A stretch of 64,000 nt of DNA. Source: the human T2T-CHM13v2.0 reference genome, Homo sapiens. Shown one piece after another: positions 1 through 15,666 of this stretch. Under the pieces are notes generated by a model that made no database searches, was not told where the DNA came from, and saw only the letters and a program-made list of their open reading frames with translations. Numbering within the stretch: the first letter of the stretch is position 1; every line of letters begins with the position of its first letter. The DNA lies in NCBI RefSeq assembly GCF_009914755.1, contig NC_060925.1; one strand, given 5' to 3'. The translations under genes were made by a program, and so were the position numbers.

Positions 1-36
1 GCAAATAAGTAAAACATTGCATTAAAATAGACTACA

Positions 37-1078
37 TTGAGTTGAACACCTTTTCCTTTACCTGTTGGTGATGTTTATATCTTCACTAGAGAAATGTCTG
101 TTTAGGTTTTTTGCTCATTTTTAAAAATTGAGTTATGTGTTTTTCTACTATTGAGTTGTATGGTTTGTTTCAGGTATATGCAAATGTTTTTCTCAGTTTA
201 TAGTCTGCCATTTCATTTTGTTGATTTCTTTGCTGTGCATAAGTTTTTTAGTTTGATGTAGTCCCTTTTTAAAATTTTATTTCTGTAGACTGAGCATTTG
301 TAGTGATAACATATATATATAAAAATCACTTCCCAAGAGCTTTTCTTCTATGTTTTCTTCTAGAAGTTTTATAGTTTCTAGTCTTACATTTCGGTCTTTC
401 ATCCATTTTGAGTTTTCCTGTGTGTGTGTGTGTATGGAATAAGATATGTGTCCAGTTTTATTCTTTTCCATGTGAAAATATGATTTTCTCAACATGATTT
501 ATTGAAGAGACTACTCTTTCCTCATTGTGCCGTCTTGGCAGTCTTGTCAAAAATTAGTTGACTGTGTGTTTGGAGTTATCACTGGGCTCTCTATTGTGTT
601 CTACTGGATTATTTGTCTGTTTTAAGCCAGCATCATACTGTTTTAATTACTGTAGGCTTTTAATATAATTTTAAATCAGGAGGTATAGTGACTCCAATAT
701 TTTTTTCCCAAAGAATTGTTTCTAGGGGGTCTTTTATGTTTCCATATGAATTTTAGGACCATTTTGCTACTTTTATGAAGAATGTCATTGGGATTCCTCC
801 TAGCAGTAGGAAGCAGTTGTGTTGAATCTGTATATTTATTTGGGTAGACTGGACATGTTAACAACGTTAATTCTTCCAATCCATGAGGACAGGATATCTT
901 CCTATTTGTTTGTGTCTTCTTCAACTTATTTCACAAATGTTTTATAATTTTAATGTACACAACTTCCATTTCCCTGGTTCAATATATTCCCAATTATTTT
1001 TATGCTATCCTAAATGAGATAGTTTTCTTGATTTATTTTTTAGTTCAGTTGTTATTATTATATAAAATGCTACCAATT
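37..1078 (-). mobile_element. LINE-1 (L1MA-type) ORF2 3' portion, antisense; probably the inverted 5' part of the adjacent L1MA5-like element
   Basis: Reverse strand matches the L1 ORF2 3' region. ORF-track fragments NSKWMKDRNVRLETIKLLEENIEEKL and LKFIWKHKRP are L1 ORF2p-like. Confidence 0.85.
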
Positions 1079-1965
1079 TCAAAATCGCTATGAGGTACCA
1101 CCTCACACCTGTTAGGATAGCTATTACCAAAAAGTCAAAAGATAACAAATTTTGCTGAGAGGGTGGAGAAAATAAAACTCTTGTATTCTGTTGGTGGGAA
1201 TGTAGATTAGTATAGCCATTATGAAAAACACTATGGAAATTTCTAAAGAAATTAAAAATAGACCTACCATATGGCCCAGCAATCCTTCTTCTGGGCATAT
1301 ATTCAAGGGAAAAGAAATCACCACCTCATAAAGATATCTGCATTCTCATATTCATTGCAGCATTACTTGCAGTAGCCAAAATATGAAAACAACCTAAGTG
1401 TACATCAATAGGCAAATGGATAAAGAGTTGTATACATACATATACACATATATAACACACACATATATAATGGCGTATTATTTGGTTGTAAAAAAGAATG
1501 AAATATTGCCATACGCCACCACATGAATAAACCTGAAGGACATTATGCTAAGTGAAGTAAGGCACACACAGAAAGAAAAAATTGCATGATTCCACTTATA
1601 TGTGGAAACTAAAAAAAAAAAAAAATCACATATACAGAGATAGAAAATAAAACAGTGATTATCAGGGCCATGGGGTAGAGCTGGGGAACAAATGGGGAGA
1701 TGTGGGTATGAGAATACAAAGTAGCAGATACATAGGAGAGAAAAGTTTAGAAATCTAATGTACAATATAAGGATTATAGGTAATAAAACTGTACTTTATT
1801 TGGGATTCATGCTAAATTAGTATATTTTAGCTGCACTTGCCATAAAAATAAAAAAATTGAGCAAATATGTGAGATGATGAATATGTTAATTTACTTCACT
1901 TTAGTAACTTTTTAACAATCTGTATGTATCTCATAATATCATGTTATATACATAAATAAATATGC
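1079..1965 (+). mobile_element. LINE-1 3' end, L1MA5/L1MA5A-like
   Basis: ORF2 C-terminus (atgaggtaccacctcacacctgttagg), then a 3' UTR with 'ggggagatgt...atacaaagtagcagat...ctaatgtacaa' as I recall it for L1MA5. Confidence 0.8.
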
Positions 1966-2039
1966 TTATTTATCATATGACCTTAAAGAGTATAACTTTT
2001 TATTTTAAAAATAACTATGCTATCAAGATATGATTGTCA

Positions 2040-2640
2040 TGTAAAGCTGTACATACCGTATACAATGCAATTAGTTTGGAGATACATTCTAATTTTTTAT
2101 GCTGATAACAAGCTAACTTTGATCTTATACAGAAGCTCTCCACTTTAACTCCTCTATCCTCTCACACATTTTGTTATTGATGTTAAAATTTATATCTTTT
2201 TATATCATGCATCAATTAACAAATTACTGTAACTATAGTTTTTTTAATACTCTTAACTCTTAGAGTTAAAAATGATTTTATGCACCATCATTACATTACA
2301 GTGTTATGGCATTCTGAATTTAACTCTATACTTCCCTTTACCAAGGAGTTTTACAGTGTCATATTTTCATGTTGCTAATTAGCATCCTTTAATTTCCACT
2401 TGAAGTACTTCAACTTTAGTTTCCATTTTAGTATTTCTTCTGAGGCAGGTCTAGTTGTGATGAAATCTCTCAGCTTTTGTTTTTCTAGAAAAGTCTTTAT
2501 TTCTCCCTTTCTGAATGACAGCTTTGTGGATAAATCATTCTTAGTGGACAGGCTTTTTTTCTTTCAATATTTTGACTATGTCATCCTATTCTCTTCTGGC
2601 TTGCAAGGTTTGCCAAAAAATCCACTGAAACAGTTTTTAT
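2040..2640 (-). mobile_element. Old L1M fragment (ORF1 end / inter-ORF region)
   Basis: 'aggcaggtctagttgtgatgaaatctctcagcttttg' is the antisense of the L1 ORF1 3' end. Confidence 0.7.
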
Positions 2641-3043
2641 AGCTCTGATAGTAACACATGTTTATAATAGCCCTGAAAATAACACATTACCTATGAAACT
2701 GTTTCTACCCACTTCTGATGTTCATATTCATGACCATCTGACATAGGATGGATCAATAAAAATTTAACTTTCAAGTATTTAGAATTAGGATATAGGGTTA
2801 CAAGCAGTTACTGAGTTGGCAGCGGTGGTGAGAGAACTAGAAGGACAAGCAAACTTGGGGGATAAGACTTCTCCTTTGAAGAATTTATGATGTCAGATGT
2901 GGAAATAAATAGCAAAGTAGGAACACCAACCAGAACAAAATACGATGCAGTATTAAGAAGAAAGGCAAGGCATCTCTTGCAGCATCAGAGAAATGATAAT
3001 GTCCTCTCCCCGTGTTCTGATAGGTTTCCACTTAATATTTTTC

Positions 3044-3887
3044 TTTTTCTTTTTCTTTTCTCTTTTTTTTTTTTTTTTTTTTGAGACAAGATTTCACTGT
3101 ATTGCCCAGGCTGGAATGCAGTGACACAATCACAGCTCACTTACAGCCTGGATCTCCTGGGTTCAAGCTATCCTCCCACGTCAGCCTCCCAGGTAGCTGG
3201 GATTACAGACATGTATTTTTAGTAGACACAGTTTTGCCATGTTGCCCAGGCTGGTCTCAAAACCTTAAGTTCAAACAATCTGCCTGCCTCAGCCTCCCAA
3301 AATGCTGGTGTAAGATACAATAAATTTCTCTGAGTTTCTCTTCAAAGGTTTAGCCTGCTAACTTCCTTGTTCTTTGCTCTCATACCTAACTTTCTTGTTC
3401 TGTTCTCCATGCCTTCTTGCTCCCAGTTATTGTAAACAACCTTCTCGTAAGTGCTAATCAATAACTCACATCTGTTCACTTGGTAACTCACTCTGCACCC
3501 ATTCCACCCTTTGAAACCACACATCCACCCTTCAAAACTGCACGTCCCACCATTGTAACTCACGTCCCTTTCCACCTTCCTTATTTAGGAGAAATATTCA
3601 CAAGTAGCCAATCAGGTCAGCTTAGATTGCGCAGTTCAACCCCAGCCCATGGAGGAGTGACACAGAGGTAGGGATTGCGTTAAGAATAAAACCCCCCTGC
3701 TTTCCTTTGTTCCCTGTGCTCTTGTGATAGTGATCAATGCAGGCAGCACCCTTCTGCAGAAGTAAATTGCGTTTGAGAGAAAACTTTTGCCTGAGTGCTG
3801 GTTTCACTTTGCAGCACTGAGAATTTATTTCTAGAGCATTTTTATACCGACACTGGGATTACAGGAGTCAGCCACCCCACACCCGAC
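3044..3887 (-). mobile_element. AluJ-like SINE, split by an LTR at 3309-3852
   Basis: Poly-T/CTTTT tail and a diverged Alu body. Alu sequence resumes at 3853 (ctgggattacagg). Flanking near-repeats ccacttaatatttt (from 3028) and ccacttaccatttt (from 3888) look like a TSD. Confidence 0.9.
3309..3852 (+). mobile_element. ERV1 solo LTR, LTR10-family-like (HERV-I group)
   Basis: TG...CA termini with exact 4-bp TSD CTGG (3305-3308 / 3853-3856). CCAAT at 3608 and an AATAAA. The 5' motif 'gagtttctcttcaaaggtttagcc' resembles LTR10 members. Confidence 0.8.
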
Positions 3888-5919
3888 CCACTTACCATTT
3901 TCAAACACTGCTGAGGCCAGGCTGTATATTCTGCTCCTTTACACCACGTGATTTCTTATTATTCTCAACAAGAATAGTAATAGAATTACTTGGAGGTAAA
4001 AATTAGTAAGTGGACAACAAAATGTTCGCAGAATATTCCGATGTTTAGCCAAGTTTGGAAACAATCCACATCGAGATGCTTTAATAAAAATTTCTCAGGA
4101 GGAGAAATTTCTTATAGGAAAGCATATTTTATATTAGAACAAAATTTCTTGTTAAAAACTCAAGAAGAAATTTTGTATTCGCCCATAATAGATTTATAGT
4201 TGGTCTCCAGAGGGCTGACGCAAACTTTATATAATCCCATCCATGTTTGGAGCATTTTGGACATGAATCTACCAGGCTCAATAAAAAAAAAAAAGAGTAC
4301 ACTAAGGGAAGAGAGAGTAGAAATGCACAATTGAGAGCCAGAAGTAATTGGTCAGCCTCAGAGTAAAAGGATTATTTTAAGTACAGGAAAGGCAACTAAA
4401 TTTCTGTCCCTCTCACCTTTTTTCCTAGGAGAGAAGTATTGAAACTTAACAGCTAAACTTGCTGCAAGATATTAGGAGCACCAAACAGCACTCTTTTGTT
4501 AACTTACACAACAAAAAATGGCACAAATAGATGTGAAATGTTAGAGGGTTTATCAGCATTCTGGAGGACAGAATGCAGAGATGAGGGAAAGTACTGTCTC
4601 AAAGCATTCCAAGATTGAGCATGAATAGTGGAGATACTACTAAAAAGCTCTGAAAAGGGCAGAAGGAAACAATTTCGCTGGTAGACAAGAGATTAGAAGC
4701 ACATATGAAACACTTTCTAGAAAATTCATGTGCTAATAAGGAGCATTTAGAGAGGAGATGAATTATTTTAAATTATTTGCATAAGAATAGAGCCATATGT
4801 TTCTCACTTTACCACAAACATAATCTATTTGAGGCAGTTCACTTAAAGGTGAATTAAAAGAGTTGTCCTTTTTGTCTCCATAATGCCCACATGAAATCAG
4901 AGGTACTGATGAAATTATGATTTATGATAAAGTTATGACAGAAGGATAAGATTATTATGGCACATGCATTATTCTGAGGAAGTCTAGAAATTTGACATAA
5001 AATCATGGAATTCAGTAGATGCCCATGAGTTTAGCGAGTGAAAACACAGAAAGCTGGAAGAGAAATACAAAGAATACACTGAGAGATTTATGTAAATTTG
5101 TTCACTTTGAAAGTTCTATCAGTACTAGTCAATTTCTTATATTTTTAACAAGACTTACATTTAGTTTCACCTGGAAAGTGGATTTCCCACCCTCTCTCTG
5201 AAAAGAACTTCTTTATCTTTTTTTGTTATTTATCTTTAAAATCAATATTTTCATAAATGCATATAATTTTCACATTTCAAGAATAAAGTAGTCCATGTTT
5301 TCTTGGCATTTGCTTCTGCCTTAATTTAAATAAAATTATATATCAGAAGTATCCCTTCACACTAAATATTGAGGTGTGTTGTACTTATTTTTGTCTAAAA
5401 CGTTGTCCAACATGTAGAAATCTATTATTATTAAGGGAGGATTAAGAAATATTCCAATTATCATTTTATATTACAAACTTACGTAGCTAATCTGTCAGAG
5501 GTTAGTTATAAATAGATATTAGTTATCTATATGGTTATTGCAGACTACATTCTTTATACACAATTAGAAGAAAAACATGAAAGTACCACTCTGAATGAAA
5601 TCTGTCTTAAAAATGGATACTTTTAATCTAACAGTTGGTCACAAAATCACAGTACAAATAGAGCAGCTACTCAGTTTCCACTGAAAGTAAACCAAAAGTG
5701 TTTGGTTTACTTTCGATTGGATTCAAATTTGAATTGAATTACAATTTCAATTACAGTCAGATATAAAATTAGTAGATTTTGAATGTAAGAAAAGTTATAA
5801 AACATTTTAGAAATTTTTTTATAATTTTAAAGTAAGGTTCAGCTTTAGTTCAAAGTAGAAAGAATAATGAAATGAATGCCTAATATCCTCCTAATCTTCA
5901 GATTTCATAAATGTCATAT

Positions 5920-6611
5920 TATTAGTGGTGAATCCATAGGGGTCCGCAGCAACCTGAATACTTGCCTCCTCGGAAAAAAGAAGTCAGCCAAGGGGCATAA
6001 GGCAGAGTGAGGGATTAAGACAAGTTTTAGAGCAGGAGTGAAAGTGTATTAAAAGGTTTTAGAGCAGGAACCAAAGAAAGAAAAGTACACTTGGAAGAGG
6101 GTCAAGCAGGCAACTTGAGAGATTCCAGTGCATGGTTTGACCTCAGACTTGGGGTTTTAAATGTTGGCATGCTTCTGAGTCCTGCATTACTTCTCTGATT
6201 CTTCCCTTGGAATAAGCTGTCCGTATGCACAGTGGCCTGCCAGCACTTGGGAGCGGCCACACGAGCAATGTGTATACTGACATTGTACACATGCTTACTT
6301 GAGGTGTTTTTCCCTTACCAGTTGAGGGTTATTAATTAAACTCTGGCATTTTGCCTCTTAGTGCACATGCTGGAGGCCACTTGCCTAACTCCTGAGATCT
6401 CATGGAGAGGCTGCTGATCATCAGTTTTAGGTGTTTCTATCTACCGGGAGACTGCCATTCCCTGGTGCCAGCTGTAACCAATTATTATTTTAGAAAGACA
6501 GTTTAATAATCACCCAAACCTCACCTGATGATTGCCTGACATTCCTGGTGGTAAAGGTTTGGGGGGACCTCTCCTGTCCTGCTCGTGCCTGACTAGCTAC
6601 CCATTGTAACA
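5920..6611 (-). mobile_element. ERV1 solo LTR, MER50-family (MER4 group)
   Basis: Reverse complement begins tgttacaatgggtagctagtcaggcacgagcagg and contains ccaggaatgtcaggc. TSD ATAT at 5916-5919 / 6612-6615. Confidence 0.85.
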
Positions 6612-6882
6612 ATATTACTTCAATTGTTTGTCAAAACAAAGTATTTAAATTTTTTGGCACTAATGCTACTTAAGTATTGCAGCATGATGAGCACATTTGA
6701 CATAAACACTGAAAAAATGCCTTGTTTTCATGATAAAAATTTATTTAAAGGCACATTTTATAACTATTTTTAGATATAAGGAGGCAAGCAATTTTTGTTT
6801 TATTTTGTTTTGTTTTCCTCCAAGAAGGGCCATTTAAACTATTCCAGTCATATCGGATCTAAGATTTTGCTATCTTAAAATC

Positions 6883-6920
<38 letters not shown>
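6883..6920. repeat. (ATT)n microsatellite derived from the L1 poly(A) tail
   Basis: About 12 tandem ATT units at the L1 3' end. Confidence 0.95.
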
Positions 6921-7116
6921 CTTTAAGTGCTAGGGTACATGTGCACAATGTGCAGGTTTGTTACATAGGTGTACATGTGCCATATTGGTTTGCTGCACCC
7001 ATTAACTCATCATTTACATTAGCTATTTCTCCTAATGCTATCCCTCCCCCATTCCCCCACCCCACAACAGGCCAATGTGTGATGTTCCCCACCCTGTGTC
7101 CAAGTGTTCTCATTGT

Positions 7117-11237
<4,121 letters not shown>

Positions 11238-11300
11238 TATGATGTTAGCTAGTTATTTTGCTCGTTAGTTGATGCAGTTTCTTCCTAGCATTGATGGTCT

Positions 11301-12321
11301 TTACAATTTGGCATGTTTTTGCAGTGGCTGGTAATGTTTGTTCCTTTCCATATTTAGTGCTTCCTTCAGGAGCTCTTGTAAGGCAAGCCTGGTGGTGACA
11401 AAATCTCTCAGCATTTGCTTGTCTGTAACGGATTCTATTTCTCCTTCACTTATGAAGCTTAGTTTGGCTGGATATAAAATTCTGGGTTGAAAATACTTTT
11501 CTTTAAGAATGTTGAATATTGGCCCCCACTGTCTTCTGGCTTGTAGGATTTCTGCTGAGAGATCCACTGTGAGTCTCATGGGCTTCCCTTTGTGGGTAAC
11601 CCAACCTTTCTCTCTGGCTGCCCTTAATATTTTTTCCTTCATTTCAGCCTTGGTGAATCTGACAATTATGTGTCTTGGGGTTTCTCTTCTCAAGGAGTAT
11701 CTTTGTGGTGTTCTCCATATTTCCTGAATTTGAATGATGACCTGCCTTGCTAGGTTGGGGAAGTTCCACTGGATAATATCCTGCTGAGTGTTTTCCAACT
11801 TGGTTCCATTCTTCCCATCACTTTCAGTTACACCAATCAAATGGAGATTTGGTCTTTTCACATAGTCCCATATTTCTTGGATACTTTGTTTCTTTTTACT
11901 CTTTTTTATCTAACCATCTTCACTCGTTTTATTTCATTAATTTGATTTGCAATCACTGATACCCTTTCCTCCACTTGATCGAATTGGCTATTGAAGCTTG
12001 TGCATGCATCACGTGGTTCTCGTGCCATGGTTTTCAGCTCCATCAGGTCATTTAAGGTCTTCTCTATACTGTTTATTCTAGTTAGCCATTCATCTAATCT
12101 TTTTTCACGGTTTTTAACTTCCTTGCGATGGGTTTGAATACCTCCTTTAGCTAGGAGAAGTTTGTTATTACCGACCTTCTGAAGCCTATTTCTGTCAGCT
12201 CATCAAAGTCATTCTCCATCCAGCTTTGTTCCATTGCTGGTGAGGAGTTGCGATCCTTTGGAGGAGAAGAGGTACTCTGGTTTTTAGAATTTTCAGCTTT
12301 TCTGCTCTGGTTTCTCCCCAT
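11301..12321 (-). pseudogene. L1 ORF1 (RNA-binding protein), disrupted
   Basis: C-terminal 186 aa is open (KRPNLHLIGV...ARRQWGPIFNILKEK...YPAKLSF). Start ATG at 12321; the N-terminal coiled-coil part is not in the same open frame. Confidence 0.92.
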
Positions 12322-13351
12322 CTTTGTGGTTTTATCTACCTTTGGTCTTTGATGCTGGTGACCTACAGGTGGGATTTTGGTGTGGATGTCCTTTTTGTTG
12401 ATGTTGATGCTATTCCTTTCTGTTTGTTAGTTTTCCTTCTAAGAGTGAAGTCCCTCAGCTGCAGGTCGGTTGGAGTTTGCTGGAGGTCCACTCCAGATCC
12501 TGTTTGCCTGGGTATCACCAGCAGAGGCTACAGAATAGCAAATACTGCAGAACAGCAAATATTGCTGCCTCATCCTTCTTCTGGAAGCTTCATCCCAGAG
12601 GGTCACCTGCCTGTATAAGGTGTCAGTCGGCCCCTACTGGGAGATGTCTCCCAGTTACGATACACGGGGTTCAGGGACCTACTTGAGGAGGCAGTCTGTC
12701 CATTCTCAGAGCTCAAACACTGTGCTGGGAGAACCACTGCTCTCTTCAGAGCTGTCAGACAGGGATGTTTAAGTCTGCAGAGGTTTTTGCTGCTTTTGTT
12801 CAGCTATGCCCTGCCCCCAGAGGTGGCGTCTACAGAGGCAGCAGGCTGTGCAGAGCTGCGGTGGGCTCCACCCAATTTGAGCTTTCCCTGATGCTTTGTT
12901 TACCTACTCAAGCTTCAGCAATGGCAGACTCCCCTCTCCCTGCCAGGCTGCTGCCTCGCAGGTCAATCTCAGACTGCTGCACTATGGTGAGCAAGGCTCT
13001 GTGGGTGTGAGACCCATTGAGCCAGGCACGGGATATAATCTCCTACAGTGCCGTTTGCTAAGACCATTGGAAAAGCTTAGTATTTGGGTGGGAGTGTCCC
13101 GATTTCCTGGGTATAGTCTGCCATGGCTTCCCTTGGCTAGGAAAGGGAAATCCCCCGACCCCTTGCACTTCCCAGGTGAGGTGATGCCCCATCCTGCTTT
13201 GGCTCACCCTCCGTGGGTGGCAACCACTGTCCAGCCAGTCCCAGTGAGATGAACCATGCACCTCAGTTGGAAATGAAGAAATCACCATTTTCTGTGTCAA
13301 TCATGCTGGGAGCTACACACTGGAGCTGTTTCTATTTGGCCATTTTAGACA
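12322..13351 (-). promoter_or_regulatory. L1 5' UTR internal promoter (sense leftward, antisense rightward)
   Basis: Position in the element, and a YY1-like AAAATGGC near the 5' tip (plus-strand gccatttt at 13339). Heavily CpG-decayed. Confidence 0.75.
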
Positions 13352-13917
13352 CTATCTTAAAATCTTTAGGGATGTCTATGATACTGTCTTTTCAAACCAA
13401 TGTTTAAATTTTCCCAATCTAGGCTGTTCATACTACAACTTAAGCCCATTTTTCTTCTCTTGTTAAATTCTTAGTGTAGGTGAGGGGCAGCTGATTACCA
13501 TTGTGAGAGTTAAAAATCTTCACATACTTCTAGGACCAATATGAGTGTTGGCATATTTTTCTTATTCAAGTCTTAAGTAAATAAACACATAAATAAATAA
13601 ATAGTTAACTTAGCCTATAGGTTCAATGGTCTTTGATTAGAAGTTTATTTTTTCTAAATATTTTATGAGGTATTGATGTCATTCAAATGGTGATACTTGG
13701 GAATAGCCACTGAACCATTATAAGTTGATGAGTATTTATGAAGCATGTGGTATACATTTAATCATATGCTAAGAATTCTAAGTATAACCAAATTACAGTT
13801 TTTGTTCCTTCTTCTTAAGACATCTAAATTCTGGAACAAAAATAAATGCCTGGATAAGTCTACATATTGGTAGAAGTCATCACATAAGTAATCATTTAAA
13901 CACATGAAATTAGCCAG

Positions 13918-14457
13918 TTTTGGTAGATTGCATCTAATTTTGCTATTCTAGGACCTTGTCACTCCCCCATCAGGACGTGAAGTCAAATTCCCCACTCCTT
14001 AAATTAAGGCAGAACATGTGACTAAATTATAATGAAAAGAATATGACAGAAATTAAACTGCATTAAATCCAAGGCCAAGTCTTAAAAGATGATAAAACGT
14101 CTGATTTATGAGCTGAGAGACTTATCTTTAGAGCACTGATCTCATGTTGTGGGAAAGCCCAGATCACATGAAAAGGCCAGGTAAAGGATTCTTGTCCACA
14201 GTCCCAGGTAAAGTTCCAGCTGGCAGTCAGGTGTAAGACTTGTAAATGATGATGACTTCAGAATATTTTAAGGTCCAGGACTTGGGTCTTCTGGAAGACC
14301 CAAGTCCTGGACTTTAAAATATCTGAAGCAAACCAAATCTGTCCTTTTTGTCCCTTTCTAAATTATTGATACAGAGAATGTATGAGTGTAATAATGTGGT
14401 TGTTTTAAGACCAATAATTGATAGTAAATTTTTATTACAATCATAACATGTGAAACA
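13918..14457 (+). mobile_element. MaLR LTR, MLT1G/H-like
   Basis: MLT1 motifs (cactcccccatcagga...; gggaaagcccagatcacatg...). Ends ...gaaaca, followed by a MaLR internal start. Confidence 0.7.
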
Positions 14458-14870
14458 GAAATTTGGTACCTAGCAACTGAATGCTACCAGAATTGTTTTT
14501 TTTAAATGTTCAGTAAGTAGGTACTGAGCAATAAGCCGTCTGGAAAGGCTTTTAGGAGACTTAATGAAAACCGAAAAGACCCCAGTAAAGGGAAGAACAC
14601 CTTTGTTATGTTAACAGCAGAGAGTTTGGTAATGCTGTCACCCATGGTAATATAAGGAACAGGAAATGTTTCTAAGAAACATAATGAACTAGCTAAAAAT
14701 ATTTCCATATTGAAAATGTGCAAAGGACTGCCTAGACTCTTCTCAATGAGAGGTATCCAAGAAGAGAGAAAATCTGTTGATAATCTGAAAGGAGGAAAGA
14801 TCAGCAAAAGAATGAATTTTTAAATATAAGAAAACCAGGTTATGTTGGGTTTAAAATAAAACTCTTTCTC
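14458..14870 (+). mobile_element. MLT1 internal sequence, 5' fragment
   Basis: Starts gaaatttggtacc, typical of MaLR internal sequence. Right boundary approximate. Confidence 0.6.
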
Positions 14871-15076
14871 AGGTGATGCCAGCATTTACTTCTACATATG
14901 CAATTAAAGTCACTATTAGAAGATTTTGTTCCAGGTATTGTGAAACAAAAAGATAATCTTGCTGTACCGGTTTTGTAATTTCTGTCACAAAGAACCTAGT
15001 TTGTTGAGGTATGTTTAAATTTTAAAATTTAATTAAAAATTTTAATGAAAACAATTTAATATTTTAATGAAAATGT

Positions 15077-15232
15077 CAGTGCTATTCAAAATTTTATGGT
15101 CATATAAATCCCCTGGGAATCTTGTTAAAATGCAGATTCTCATTCAGTGGATCTGGGTTAGGGCCTGAGATTCTGATTTCCTATCCTTTGGTGACAAAAA
15201 TTCTGCTGATTGAATAACCACGTTTTTTGAGC
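15077..15232. mobile_element. MER5-type hAT-Charlie MITE
   Basis: 'cctgggaatcttgttaaaatgcagattc...ggatctggg...gggcctgagattctg' is the MER5 core. Confidence 0.8.
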
Positions 15233-15436
15233 TGGATAACAAATTCTTCACCGAGATTTATGCAAGAGAATTAAGCCTTTTAAAAAAGAAAATATGTAGC
15301 TCTCCTCTCAATTCTCCTAAGATTGGTGCATTCCACCATCTTAGATGCATAGGAGATACACTAATTCAATTTATATATTCATCAAGAAGAGAGGAAGATA
15401 CATTTGATTAAGTTCCATGGGTCAGATTAACAGATA

Positions 15437-15631
15437 TGAGGGCTAAGCTCTGAAACTTTTATCATGCCCAAATTCCTATCTAAGGGGTGTGTGGAATCAT
15501 GCCCTATAAACCATAAATTCTCATTGGATGGATTTCATTTAACCATATATATTATGACTTAGTTTCTAATCTGACTCTGGAATAACATTACAAGATGAGA
15601 AAGAAAATACAAATATTTTACCCCAAGACAC

Positions 15632-15666
<35 letters not shown>

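Noticed and set aside
4400-4460. Strong-looking splice acceptor (tttctgtccctctcacctttttcctag) as a coding exon start
   Set aside because: All three frames hit stops within about 30 nt. A non-coding exon cannot be excluded or supported from sequence alone.
3990-5200. Possible highly decayed CR1/L3 or other ancient element
   Set aside because: Only faint resemblance; needs an nhmmer search against Dfam.
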